From assembly GCA_963693365.1 (NCBI GenBank), contig CAVNZM010000007.1:1-64000 (forward strand): a stretch of DNA of 64,000 nt, read 5' to 3'. This document shows positions 16,891 through 30,654 of this stretch, piece after piece. How positions within the stretch are numbered: the first letter of the stretch is position 1; the number at the start of each line of letters is the position of its first letter. The translations under genes and the position numbers were made by a program. The notes under the pieces are model-generated. The model saw only the letters and a list, made by a program, of their open reading frames with translations. It was not told the origin of the DNA and did no database searches. The DNA is from Amoebidium appalachense. Lineage: Eukaryota > Protista > Ichthyosporea.

Positions 16891-18907
16891 AGCTGCAGAC
16901 TTTCAAGGCAGAGGGAGTGGGTTGGGTGGGCACAGTTGCACGGGGTCGTGGAGGCGAGAGGGCAAGAGAGGCCCCCTGGATTATAGTAGCATCAATAAAC
17001 GAGTGGACACGACAGCAGTAGTGTATGTGCCCCTTTCTCTAGGTGTAGGGCGCGTTAACAGGTCACAATTTGTCACTGAGAAAAAACAAAGAAAGACTGT
17101 CGTAACAGCATGCGGCCACGTACGCTCTGTCCGCTTTCAACTTGGCGCCAAAAAAAAAATGTTGTGCATGCGGCAGCGTATGGCTTTTTCTTTCCGCGGC
17201 CCTCGAGCAAAAAAAAGTGCGTAGCTCCCTACATCTAACGGCTGCCAAAGACCCCCATCACTCAGTGAACTCTCAGTCTCAAAAATACAGAGTCTTACAG
17301 GGTCGACATGTTTTTGATTTTCATTCTTTTAAGTTTAACAGCTTTTACTCATGTTTTTTTCAAAAAAAGAGCTATATACCTCCAAAAAATGAAAGACGTA
17401 CAGCATTGAGAGGTTTTCAGAGCTTATTAATATTGACTGAAAAATTACTATGCAACAGTTCTAAATTCAGTCTTACTTTCCCCCCAAGTAGTGGAGATTT
17501 TCGGTCAACGGTTAGCACAGCCAATAGTAAACGCTATCGGTCAACGAGGGGCCGGCCTGAGGGCGTTCCTATACGCGTCGAGGGCGGCTGCCCGCCGTCG
17601 AAATAAGATTGGGCCCGGTTAGATTGTGGTTGATTTCTTTATTATTGAAAGTTTTTCAACATCGTACATCGAGGTGTGGCAAATCTCTCAGTCTAAAATA
17701 CACTGAATATTTTGTAGGGTGACTATGTCAGCCCATCGAGAGCCGGCCCGGATTCGCGGAACGAGTCAATAACGCAATACTGTCCGCTGATTAGCTAAAT
17801 GTCACGCAATGCTTCTATTTACACCCTGAGCAATGGTCGCTTGACAACCGCCGGTTGTCGGCGAGTGAGGCTCGTTTTCTTTTGTGATACAGTCGGTATA
17901 CTCATATATATGTATATGACAACATTCGCCGTTACCACGCGCGCCAAAGGGTTCTTATGCATGTATCAATCCATTATATAGCCAAACCTCATATCTATTC
18001 CTGCTTAAAAAAAAACACATTCGCATTTCAAATCTATGCCTATCTGACCTCGCTCCATATTTGGCAATACTCGTTCGTGTCATGCTTGTCATCCACGCGC
18101 CATTCGAATTTCGTTTTTCCATTTCTTCAATGTGGCACCCCACACAAGGCATCATGCACACCACAGCAAGGTCAAGGGTATCTTCACGGGTTAAACAGCT
18201 GCCCCGGTTCCTTGGCGGCGCGTTCTCTTTCCCCCTGCAGCAACCATTCCAGTTAGCACAAGGGGCTCTGTGAACCACCCTGGCACAGTCACACGACTGT
18301 GGACGCAATTGCACAGCTGGTGGTTTCTCAATGTATATGCACACCCTGGCCATAGGCACACAACCCGTCAATCTGGGATTCAGCGAAGGGAAGAGAGCCA
18401 AACCATCTTACTCTTGCTGAATCTTCACACGGGAAATAGCCACACAAACATACCGACCCGCTCTCGCGAGACGCAAGATAAGTCCAGAATTTCTTGGGTC
18501 TCAGAGCCCAACACCATGATCGAATGCAACACCACCATAACCGAATATGCATGCCACCGTGACTGAAGTTAGGCAGATGACTACGCCCTGTGTTTTTGGG
18601 CTCAAAAGGTAGTGTTTGTGTAGGTAATGCCCCCACCTCCCCCTCACTCACCCATCCACCCACCACCGATACCACCACCATTATATACTACCACCATCCC
18701 CAAGCCGATCCGGTTGCCCTCCCCCCCTCCCCTCCCCCCCTTACCCCACACGTGCCCTGCATCCACCTTTGATCCTCCCCCCTCCCCCTCCCCCCCCCCC
18801 CCTCCCCCCCCCCCCCTCCCACACCTACCCCTCATCCATAGATATAGGAAATAACCTCGCCCCTTCCCCCCTCCCCCTCCTCCCAATACAAACCGGCCCA
18901 CAGTTCA

Positions 18908-18952
<45 letters not shown>

Positions 18953-19974
18953 TATAACGTGCATGCGCGCACACACACACAGATACACACACATACACCC
19001 CTACGCCCACACACACACATGCACGCACATGCACACGCACACCCACCCAAAGACATGTGCATACACCCACACACACACACACACACACACACCGTGACAC
19101 ACACACACACACACACACACAACACAATATAACGTGCATGCACGCGCGCACACACACACACATACACACGTGAGCGCACGCACTCACACTGTACACGCAC
19201 ATGCACGTTACAAACAAGACTGGGCATGTGCATGAACACAGGCCCATGTACACAGTCACACAAGCGTGGCAATCAGACACAAGCACATGCATACGAAGCA
19301 GCATGAGGCCCACACCACTCCCACACACAATTAACGTACAGGCACATCACACAGTCATACAGGATACACATCTCTCACACACAGGCCAACGGCCATTATG
19401 CACAAGCCGTCCTGCCTCGCAAATTTTACCCCTGAATTTTAAAAAACGAGCAAGAGCTATGGATTTAACAAACCATATGCTTGCATGTGTGTGTGACACC
19501 GTGTGTGCGGAATAATATGGCGACTCATGATACATAATATTATGCCTAATAATGTGTGCGTGTTTTTCAAATTGTGTGCATGTGTGTGCACGTGCACTGT
19601 GTGTGTGTGTGTGACACTGTGACATTGTGTGTATGTGTGCATGTGTGTATGTGCATGTCCCAGTGTGACACTGTGTCTGGTAGTGCGTGACACTGTGACA
19701 TTGTGTGTGCGTGTGTGTGTGCGTGCGTGCGTGCGCACGCGCATGATGTGACCCTCAAGTATCCCAATACAGGTGATCATGGGCATTGCCAGAGTGCTAA
19801 GGCGTGTGGTATGCCTGCACGTGCACGTAACGTGTGTATGTGTCGGAATGGAGCAGAAAGAAAACAAAGCCATAGGAGGGACGGATGTATTCATGGGGCG
19901 GCTTCCCCAGGGGAGGGGGGGGGGGGAAGGGGGGGGGGAGGGGGGGGGAGGGGGGAGGGGGGGGGGGGGGGGGT

Positions 19975-20095
19975 TCCATGTGTCATGAAGTACGGAGTAC
20001 ACCTTTGCAACGGGCAACATAAAACAGAATGAAAACCACACGTAAAGAGTATGCATTATATACAGAGACCATTCTCAGGGGAGGTTCACGTCATG
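19975..20095 (-). repeat. Intronic structured repeat family, diverged partial copy F
   Basis: Minus strand: gaacctcccctgagaatggtctctg...atgcatactc...gtactccgtacttcatgacacat + poly-C. Confidence 0.6.
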
Positions 20096-20101
20096 ATTTT
20101 T

Positions 20102-20201
<100 letters not shown>

Positions 20202-20335
20202 ACGGTGTGTGTGTTGTGTGTGTGTTGGTGGGGGGGTGTTACCTCTCTGTGCAGGAGGCTTGGGCCGTTTTTTCTGGGCCGTAGTATCGGCAGCCTGCAG
20301 GGGGTTGAGATCAGCTTGATAGCCACATGGTCCGA

Positions 20336-20905
20336 ATAGTCTTGGCATGCCCATATATGGTCTGGATAGTCTTGGCATGCCCATATATGGTCTGGATAGT
20401 CTTGGCATGCCCATTAACGGTCTGCATAGTCTTGGCATGCCCATATATGGTCTGGATAGTCTTGGCATGCCCATATATGGTCTGGATAGTCTTGGCATGC
20501 CCATTAACGGTCTGCATAGTCTTGGCATGCCCATATATGGTCTGGATAGTCTTGGCATGCCCATTAACGGTCTGCATAGTCTTGGCATGCCCATATATGG
20601 TCTGGATAGTCTTGGCATGCCCATATATGGTCTGGATAGTCTCGGCATGCCCATATACGGTCTGGATAGTCTTGGCATGCCCATATATGGTCTGGATAGT
20701 CTTGGCATGCCCATATATGGTCTGGATAGTCTTGGCATGCCCATTAACGGTCTGCATAGTCTTGGCATGCCCATATATGGTCTGGATAGTCTTGGCATGC
20801 CCATATATGGTCTGGATAGTCTCGGCATGCCCATATATGGTCTGGATAGTCTTGGCATGCCCATATGTGGTCTGGATAGTCTTGGCATGTCCATGTATGG
20901 TCTGA
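20336..20905. repeat. 30-bp minisatellite (atagtcttggcatgcccatatatggtctgg) x~19, two main variants
   Basis: Exact 30-bp period; variant ccattaacggtctgc is interspersed. Confidence 0.95.
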
Positions 20906-21312
20906 AGAGTCTAAGGCCTACACCTAAATACCTCCGCCACTCCCTTTTCCCACTGCTTCCCCCCTGTGGGAATCATAACAGGATTGCTGTGCATAGGGCT
21001 GTTTGTGCCCACACATGTTGTGGTTGCTTGCTTTGCGCTCATGAAGTTTGAGCATGCTGTGTCCGCATGTGCACAAATTCATGTGTGTAGCCAACAGCCG
21101 TGGTTTGTCAGTGTTGGTGTGATGGTGTGCCATTGTGTGTTTGACTCGTTGATTATTCTCACGAGGGATGCGCACGAGTGTGTGTGGTCTTGTGTGTGCC
21201 TTTGTGGAGCGGTGGGAGTCACACCACATGTGTGTACATGGTGCTGATGTGTGCCTGCCACCCTTCTGGCCTGTGTGTGCCCCCCCCCCCCCCCACACAC
21301 ACACACACACAC

Positions 21313-22802
21313 CTTCAGTGTTGGCGTGTGGCCCCCCAAATTCCCCTCCTCGTCGCTGGGCCAGTGCACGTGCGCCCTGCGGTGGTGGAACTGCCTGGGG
21401 GTGCGCACGGCCTGAGCCACGGTCTGCCTCAGCCGCAGCAGCCCGGCCACATCCGTGGCCCCCTGCTGCTGCGCCTCCACCAGCGCCCCCAGCAGCCCCT
21501 CCAGCCGCCCCGTGGCCTTGCCCACCCGGCCGGCAATCTCCTGCAGCGCCTGCACCTCCTTGCCGTCCGCCTCCACACACTTGCCCTCGTACGCCCCCTG
21601 CAGCCGTGAAAGCTTGCGCACCCTCTTGCCCTGCAGCTGCGCAGCCACGGTGTCACTGCACTATTACTGCACACAGGCAAAGATACATGCACCTCAAGGC
21701 AAACATATTCATATCTGACACATCCTTGGGCCACACACTGACACATAGCAGCCAACCTAGTCCAACACACCTATCCATCCATATATGCAGCCGCCACCCA
21801 CACAAACACCAAGACACACGATTGGAAAATACAGCAGCTAGAATATACGGGCCAGCCCAGTGATTGGCTCCCGGTCATGCGCCTTCACGCCATGGCCCAC
21901 CTTTGCCAGTGCCTGGCTGGCAGCTGCCTCGACCTGGCCCACGCAGGTGTCTGCTTTTTTTGCAGGGCAGCCAGCTGCTGGGCCAGGGCCGTGCGGCCGG
22001 CCGGCAGCAGGGTGGGGGCGCTGCTAAGCTCGTCGACCAGCGAGTCCCTGGCGCAGTCCCCGTGCGCGGGCAGGCACAGCACACACAGCGCCTGCACGTG
22101 CCACCCACACACCATGCCTGCTGCCCGCCCGTGCAGCCCACACACCACTGCCGCTGGCCCCACTGTGGCCGCCTGCACCGTGGGGTTGGCCGGTGCCGGC
22201 TGGGCCTGGCTGGGGGCTGGCGGCTGAGGCTCCGCCTGGCCTGCCGGGGGCATGCAGTCGGCTGCAGGCGCAGGGCCTGCTGGGGGCTGCCTTGGCTCGT
22301 CCGCGGGGGGTGGGGGCTGGGCAGGTGAAGACTCAACCGGGGGTAGCGGTTGGGCCGGCAGTAAGGGCTGGGGCGGTGGAGGCTGGGAGAGTGCTGGGGG
22401 CTGTGAAAGAGGGGGTGGCTGAGAAGGTGGGGGGGGCTGAGAGAGTGGTGGTTGCTGGGCACCCGGCGTGACGGGGGATATGGGGCTATGGGCAGCATGC
22501 ACGTGTGCTGTCGGCTGAGGGGCCTCAATAGCCCTCATGCGGTCCCTCTCTGCCCTTTTTTCCCTAAGGGCGTAGATGGCATTCTTGATCTGCTCGTTCA
22601 GCTCAAAGAAGTTGCCAGGTGGCGGCTCCAGAGACATCAACCCACACCTCTCAAAGGGGCATCTGACGGCCTTGCCGCTGCCGCTGTCGATGGTGGCCCC
22701 CTTGATGCACCCGTGGCACATAGTGTGGCGGCAGGCCGGCAGCACATAGGGGTGGTGGCCCTCCTTGCACCAGTAGTCCCGCCCACACAGCGGGCAGTTC
22801 AT
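21313..22802 (-). CDS. TRIM-like RING(C3HC4) - Pro-rich linker - B-box2 - coiled-coil protein; the 3' end probably continues into exons near 20932-20963 and 20243-20294
   Basis: MNCPLCGRDYWCKEGHHPYVLPACRHTMCHGC...KAVRCPFERC (RING); CGLHGRAAGMVCGWHVQALCVLCLPAHGDC (B-box2-like); heptad-rich exon 21313-~21660. The frame around the A7 run at 21955-21961 and the acceptor choice near 21660 are ambiguous. Confidence 0.7.
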
Positions 22803-23369
22803 GCACACGGGCGCCGGGGTGCTGCATGGTGTAAGGTGTGAACAGGTGGTGTGGTGTACACAGGGCCAGATATGAAACACACACACACTCGCGGGAACAG
22901 TGGGTGTGTCTCAACATCCATTCAACATGGTTTGAAGTGAGTGTCCATGCATGTCCACACACCACCAATGCAGCTACTGTGCTCAATATGAACAACGGGG
23001 CCCCTGCTGCGCCGCTTCCTCTTTGGGTTTAGTATTGCAGCACTAGCATCATGCACATGGGGGATGTGTGGGGGCACACCAAGCTGGTGTATGGGGGATA
23101 AAACGCGCAGCCGCTGGGGGCGAGGGGAGAGACGGGGGCGTGGGGGGAGAGGGGGGGGGGGGGGGAAAGGGGGTTGATATTGGCTAGAGCACACCCACCT
23201 GGCCTGGTGCTGCCCGTGGCCATGGTGCCTGCTGCCTGCCCCACCCCCACCTGTGGCCCCACCCTGTCAGCCACTACCATGTGCCTGTGCACATGCCGGG
23301 CCACGTATCCACCCATGCACACAGCAACATCACACGTGCACCACACACGACCACCTAGCAGGCACGTAC

Positions 23370-25737
23370 CCTCCTTGCCTGGCTGGTGTGCATGCTGCTG
23401 GCTGGGCCCTGAGTGGTGGCCACGGCCTGGCTGTGGCCCCACTGCCTGCTGGGGGGGGACGGACTGAACGGTTGCATACATGCCAGGATAGGGAAAGACC
23501 ACCGTGCTGGGGGGGGGCTGCTTGAGCGCTATGTGGGGCATGCCTGTCCCCTCCACATGCGGGGCGGGGGTGGGGAGGGCTGAGGGCAGGGCCACGGTGG
23601 CGGGGGGCTGCTGTTCGTCGTCCGACATGCTGTAGCCCCCGTCCCCCTCCACTGCACGTGCAGCCCCCTGCCCTGCCCCCTGCTGCACGTGGGACCCTGC
23701 CTGTGCCTGTGTCCCTGCATGCACGGCATGGGGCGGCTGCCGGCCTGGACGCCTGCGCCTGCCTGGCTGCCTGTGTGGGGCCGAAACAACACCACCCGGG
23801 GGTGCAGGCCGGCGCAGGGGGCTGGGTGTAGCCTGGAGGGAGAGGCTGCGGGCCGGGGATGGCTCCTGAGGGGGGGTTGCGGGGCTTGGGGGAGGGGCCG
23901 GGGGTGGACCCGGAGACTGGGCCTCGGGGGTGTAGGGGGGGTCGGTGACTGTCTCGTTCATCGGCCATGTGCCGTCCTGGGCGCCCTCCTCCCCCTCGGG
24001 CCCACTCTCCCCCTCGGATGCACCGCTGTGGCCCTCTGCCAGCCTCTTCAACCGTGTGATGCCCCCCCTCGGCCCAGCGCATGCGGTCCAGAGCCACACT
24101 CCTCTCCTGCTCGATCTCTGCCAGTCCCTTGTGCAGCTTCTGCAGCTGCTCCTTTGCTGCCTCCACCCTCGCTCTGAGGGCTGGCTCCAGGCCCATATCC
24201 GTGCAGCTGTTGAGGGCTGTAGTGGCCTCGGCATACTGGGCCGTGGCCTTGGGCCCGAGGTACTGGTCGATGCCGGCCTGGCGCTGGCTGAGGGCCTCCA
24301 GCTTGTCCTTTTGCCTCTGCAGCTCATGCTCGGCATCCTGCAGACAGCGGAACCGTGGCCGGCAGCACCCAGCAAGGTCCCTGCGGGGTGTCCTCTTCTT
24401 GGCCTGGGGGGACTGAGGCGCTAGTCAGCCGTGTGTGTGTGAGGGCCACAGGGCCGCTACGACTACGTGGCTGCCTGGCCAGCAGCAAGCACAGACACAC
24501 CACCCACACACTGCCGCACAGCAAGGGGTTGTGCAAGACACGTGTTCAGGCTCCACGAGCAATAGCACTTGCTGGCCTCTTGGGTGCGGGCGGTTCAAAC
24601 AGCATATCAGGGGCACTAACTAATGTTTTAGGTGGGAATTACCAACTTCCTGAATGTTCTCTTCACTGTTAAATTGTGATCACGCAACGACCACACTAAT
24701 ATTTGATAAGCACACTATTATTTATTAGTTATTCATTATTACATTATCACTAGTGTTCCTCTCAAGCCCTGCTGGATTGCTTCTTTCGCCCATGGCCTAA
24801 CACATATGCCTCACCTCCCCACCCACCTTTTCTGTGCCCTCTCCCTCGGGCTCTGGGCCATGCTCGGTTTCCTCCACAGTGTCCACAGAAGAGTATCGCC
24901 GCGGCCAACGAGACCCCGCATCGACTGCACATAGCAACCTTAGTTTGTGCTGGGGGTTTGCAAACACCCATAACGACACAGTGCAGGTCACGTGGAGGAC
25001 AATAAAAAGCCACCATAGTGCCCCCACCAACACCATGCCCCACTAACTCAGTACGTCTTCTGTGGCCCACACTCACCACCCATCACACCTGCCGCCCGTC
25101 TGTTGTCGAATGCAGATTTTATCTTCGAAATGTGTTTGTTTGACAAGACTTCAAAGGGTACGGGGGTATTAAACCTTTCTCCTCTGCATAGCTGGTCAAC
25201 TATGAAAGCAACGGGAACGAACAACAGCACGGGTATGTAATAGCAAAATATCTGCCCAACCCTCCCCTTACCCCCCAGTTCCCCCCAACACCTTTCCCTG
25301 TATCCAAAACACGCACAAACACTCAAAAAGGAAGAAGAAGAAGAAGAAGAAGAAGAAGAACACACACAGACACACAGAGAGAAATGGTGTTGAAAGAGAA
25401 AGAGAGAGGTGACGCCTTTGCACACGCCGTTGGGGTTAGGGTATGGTTAGGGTTTAGGGTTCCTTCTCCCCACCTCTGCCACCTTTCCTGCCCTCTACCT
25501 CATGAGCATTCCCCAAGAACAGCCTTTTTTTCCGTGCATGGAAGATGGTTAGTGGGCCCTACACCTACCCCATGTCAGGCGATCGCGAGGCAGACCGTGG
25601 CCTGCGAGCCGCAGGTGGCAGTTAAGGTCCTCCCTAGAGTCGAAGACCTGCAGGCAGTACAGCCTCTGGCACTGGTTGAGCTGGAACTTGAACCCCTCCT
25701 GGGCTGGGGCAGCGCCGCCGCCTTCTTGACCCTCCAT
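23370..25737 (-). CDS. Orphan protein: C2H2 finger + CxxC..FCxxCG zinc ribbon + coiled coil + Pro-rich tail (exons 25737-25569, 25199-25077, 24949-24827, 24412-23370; 3' end unresolved)
   Basis: CQRLYCLQVFDSREDLNCHLRLAGH; CSRCGVSLAAAILFCGHCG. Three phase-1 GT-AG introns join in frame. The reading frame switches at the G7 run 24062-24068. Confidence 0.7.
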
Positions 25738-26701
25738 GTTTACGTGCGTAGGTGCCAAAACCTATGCTATGGCCCATGGAAAGGTATATATCTTTAGTCA
25801 TGTTGGCCCTTTGTCTTTCTAGCAAACATATTCTATTCGAACATGACTGGAACGACTACATACAACCGTCTGATGAACAGATCTTCCGAAGGCTTCCTTG
25901 AGGCACTGCTCTGTTAACGTTTAGCCAAAAGTCTTGAGCGTGGATCCGTGACCGAAATTTCATGTAAACTTTAGGATGTCTTTACACTTAACGCGCCGCA
26001 AGCCCTACACAAATGCGGGAAAAAACATTTAGGCATCTTGTACCCGGTGCGGATTACGTAACAGAAAAAACAAAAAAGAAAGTACAAGTTGAAGCACTGG
26101 AGTCTAGACGGTGGCCCTGCTACTAACTTACGGGCTGCCGTCGCTGTATGTACGTGCATCACCAGTGCACGTGTGTTTGGGCTTGACGGCCCCGAAGAAG
26201 CCATAGCTAAGAACTCTAGACCCAAAACTGTGCGTTCATGCCCGACGGACATATTGCCTGCCTGTCTGCTTACATGTGTGCGTGTGGTGCATGCGCGTGA
26301 ATGTGTGCACACGTGTGTGTAGAGAAGGGCAGGCAGCCCTTATACTGACTTCTGGGGGCTCCCCACTCCCTCGCTTTCTTGGGCAACCCCCCCCTCCCCC
26401 TCTCCCCCCCCCCCCCCCCCCCCCCCCCCCCCGACACACACACACACACACGGTATACATACACGGTATACATACACGCACCGTGGCCATCCGATCCCCA
26501 CGGCCCCCACCACCCGCCGCCCACACGCACCAACCCATCTAAACCGGCCTTACTAGCTGCCACTTAATCGACGTGACCGGACCAAATAGGTCTTTCTCCT
26601 CATCCGAGATATCTAGACCGTCCCACCTTCCCTGCTTCTCCTTGCCTAGCCTTTGCCGGCAGCCACACACAGTGCACGGTAAACTTTAAAATGGATTTTA
26701 T

Positions 26702-28169
26702 TTACTTCTTTTCCTTGGCGGCCTTCTCCTGCTCCTGCAGCTCCTTGCCCTTTGCCAGCAGGGTGTCTGCAAGCTCTCTGCTGAGGGGCTCAAACACCGT
26801 CTTGCCGTCCCGCCGTGACAGCGTGGCAAACTCCACTGCACCAAAGAGTCAGTGCCCTGCCCTGCACGTGCCTGTGTGCTGCCCGTGCCTGTGTGTGTGT
26901 GTGTGGGGGGGGGGGGGAGGGGTGCACGAGTGCACAGCATGCCTGCCTGTGTGCTTGTGTGCCTGTGTGCACGCCTGCCTGTAAGGCTGTGGGGCTGTGT
27001 GGCCGTGTGCAATCTGCATGGCTGCATTGCTGTGAATGTGTATGTGTGTGCCTGACCCGGTATGTGTGTACACGTGTGCTTGCATGTGTGCACGTGTGTG
27101 TGCCTGCGTGTGTGCATGTGCCTGCATGTGTCGATGTGTGTGCCTGCATGTCTTTGTCTGCACGTGCACATGTGCCCATGTGCCTGCCTATGTGCCCATG
27201 TGCCTGCCTATGTGCCCATGTGCCTGCCTATGTGCCCATGTGCCTGCCCATGTGCCCATGTGCCTGCCTATGTGCCCATGTGCCTGCCCATGTGCCTGCC
27301 TATGTGCCCATGTGCCTGCCTATGTGCCCATGTGCCTGCCCATGTGCCTGCCTATGTGCCCATGTGCCTGCCTATGTGCCCATGTGCCTGCCCATGTGCC
27401 TGCCTATGTGCCCATGTGCCTGCCTATGTGCCCATGTGCCTGCCCATGTGCCCATGTGCCTGCCTATGTGCCCATGTGCCTGCCTATGTGCCCATGTGCC
27501 TGCCCATGTGCCTGCCTATGCGCTCATGTGCCTGCCGATGTGCCCATGTGCCTGCCCATGTGCCTGCCTATGTGCCCATGTGCCTGCCCATGTGCCTGCC
27601 TATGTGCCCATGTGCCTGCCTATGTGCCCATGTGCCTGCCCATGGGCCTGCCTATGTGCCCATGTGCCTGCATGTGTGCTTGGTGTGTGCCTGCATGTGT
27701 GTTTGGTGTGTGCCTGCATGTGCCAGCATGTGTGCCCCTGCAAGCGCCTGCATGTGTTCGTGTGCCTACATGTGTGCTTTGTGTGCCTGCATGTGTGCAT
27801 GTGCCTGCACGTGTGTGCCCGGTTGTGCCTGCATGTGTGTGCCTGCATGTGTGCATATGTTGTTGCTGTGCCTGCATGTGGTGCTGTGCCTGCATGCACG
27901 TACGCTTGTCGGAGCTCAGGGTGGTAGAATCCATGGTCTTAGTCAGGACCTTGACGGCCAGCATGAGGGCATCCTGCAGGCCCATGTCGTCCTTGTAGTC
28001 CTGCTTGAGGATGCTCTGTGCCGCCTGCACACACCCACCGTATGAGCTGCTGGCCTAAAGGCATGCAAGCATGCATGTGCACACCATGCACCAGAACTCC
28101 AATGTGCCTCCTTATGCACACCGTTTAACAGGATACCCCCCCCCCCCCTGTGTGTGGTGTGTGAGGGGG

Positions 28170-28219
<50 letters not shown>

Positions 28220-29348
28220 CTTGCCAGCTCGTTCCGTCCATGAACGCAGCTCAGTACAATGCCACATCCATGCACACACACAATATGCACATAATCCCGT
28301 GATCACACCACGCGGACACAACACAGTTACCGCATGAAAACCATTAGGCCTAGTGTGTATTAGTGAGTGGTGGTTTGTGGCATGTGGGCGCACACACGCA
28401 TGCACCGAGAAGGACACTCACCTGTGAGTTTGCGCCGATGCATGCGGCCTTCCAGCCACCGTAGTTGCCCGAGGGGTCACTCTGGTACAGCTGGAACCCA
28501 AAGTGGCTGTCCCACCCCGCATACAGGAACGACACACCAAACGGCCGCAGACCTGCAACACAGTCAGCAACCCCGCCTATGTGCTGCAAAGACAACATGT
28601 GCACATAGCAAAGAGAGACACGTACACATACAGGCACAGCAAAGAAAGACATGCACATACAGGCACAGCAAAGAAAGACATGCACATGCATGCACAGCAA
28701 AGAGAGACATGCACATACACATGCACAACAGCATCTTAGCAAGCCATACAGCCCCACCCAGTACCCAGCACAAAACCAACTACTTTAGGTGTACCCAAAC
28801 ACCCTGGCAGATGGACTAATAGATTTATTTTCTATGCCGCTGTTTTTGCTGTTTCCCTACTACAATTGGGCCAACTGTGTAATGCACCAAGAAACGAATG
28901 CACAGACATGCAAGGCTACCCCCGATAATCACACATCACCCCAACGTCCAAGCCCATACACCCGACCAAATGCACACCTTACCTCCACATACCTAGCTAC
29001 CCGCAAAACACCGCACCCACCATCTCACCCGCACAACGCACACACCCGCAACGCTTCTCACCTTTCCCCCCCCTCCCCCTCCCTCCCCCCCCCCCCCCCC
29101 CCCACAAAAAAAAAAAAAAAAAAAAAAAAAACACACGCACACCACCCCATCCCCTCCTCTCCTCACACCCACCCACCCACCCACCCCACCCCTCCTCCCA
29201 AGGCACATACACAAACACACACACACACACATAAACTCCCATCCACACACACACACACACTAGTATACACACATGGGGCACGTCCACACACACACACACA
29301 TACACGCCCAAACACGCCCGCCCAATCGCCCACAAGCAAGCAAGCTAG

Positions 29349-29386
<38 letters not shown>

Positions 29387-29390
29387 ACCA

Positions 29391-29442
<52 letters not shown>

Positions 29443-30615
29443 ACACACCCAGACACCCACACACCCACCCACCCACCCACACCCGCACACCCGCACACCC
29501 GCACATACCCACACACACACCCACACCCACACACCCACCCACCCACAAACACCCACCCACACAGACACACGCACCTCCGTATTGGGTGTAGCCCTGCTTG
29601 AGGTCGCACAGGCTCTGGACCAGCTGCTCGACGGGCACAGGCTCCTGGTAGCCCAGCAGGTAGCGCTGGGCCGTCAGCCGTGCCTGGTTGATGAGGATGT
29701 TGGCATCCGCCGTGATCCCCGCTACACTGCACGCAATGTTGCTGTGGGGCATGAATGTTAGCGAGGGGGGAGGCAGCAGCACGGAGATAGGTGCAAGGTA
29801 TGCAGGTGGCTACGTGCTAACGAGTGCCATAAAGAAGTGTGTGTGTAGGTGCCCCCTCCTCCCCCCCTCCCCCCCCCCCCCTCGGCCGGCGCCCCCCCCC
29901 CCCCCCGCTTCCCCCCCCCACACACACACACACACCGCCCCCCCCCCCCTCCCCCTCCCCCTCCCCCCCCCCCCCCCCCCCCCATTTATTTATTATCTAT
30001 TTATTTTTCTTTTTTGGAAAAGATGGGGCGGGGGGCGTGGGGGGGGAGGGAGGGGGGGGGGGGGAGGGAGGATTGAATGTGTCATAAAGTACGAAGTACG
30101 CAAGAACAACGGATAACACGATGCAGAGTGCAAACCATACATAACGAGTGTGCAGCATAATGAGCAGAGCCCATCCTCAAGGGGGGGGATGTCATCCACA
30201 GTACCCGAGTTTCGACCCATTCACCTCATCAACAAAACCCAACTCAGATAGGGGGATTTGCAATCACGTGCTGAAACACATACCCAAAAGCTCAGAGGCA
30301 TTACATGGTGGGAGTATAGAACAAGAGCATATGTATCTGCCTGGGCACGTGCAGATTATTGTCCATGTGCCATATCGTGCCCTTAAACCTGGCCGTTAAA
30401 GCATGTGTGGTTGTGTGCATGCATCTGTGTGCCTGTGTGTGTGTGTGTTCATGTATGTGTGTATGGGGAAGGTTTTTTTTTTTTTTTTTTTTTTTGGGGG
30501 GGGGGGGGGGCCATGTGTGTGTGTGTCTGCCCTTAGCCTGGCTGTGAATGCACGCGTGTGTGCATACATGCACATGCGCGTGAGAATTGCACGTGCGTGT
30601 GTCCTTGTGTGTGTG

Positions 30616-30654
<39 letters not shown>

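Noticed and set aside
21655-21670. In-frame TAA TAG suggesting stop-codon reassignment
   Set aside because: They lie at an intron end with alternative AG acceptors; PSMA4 (TAA), coronin and Mad (TAG) and kish (TGA) terminate normally
25860-25900. CTGATGA...CGAAG hammerhead-like motif (also CTGATGA at 1711)
   Set aside because: No GAAA and no pairable stems II/III
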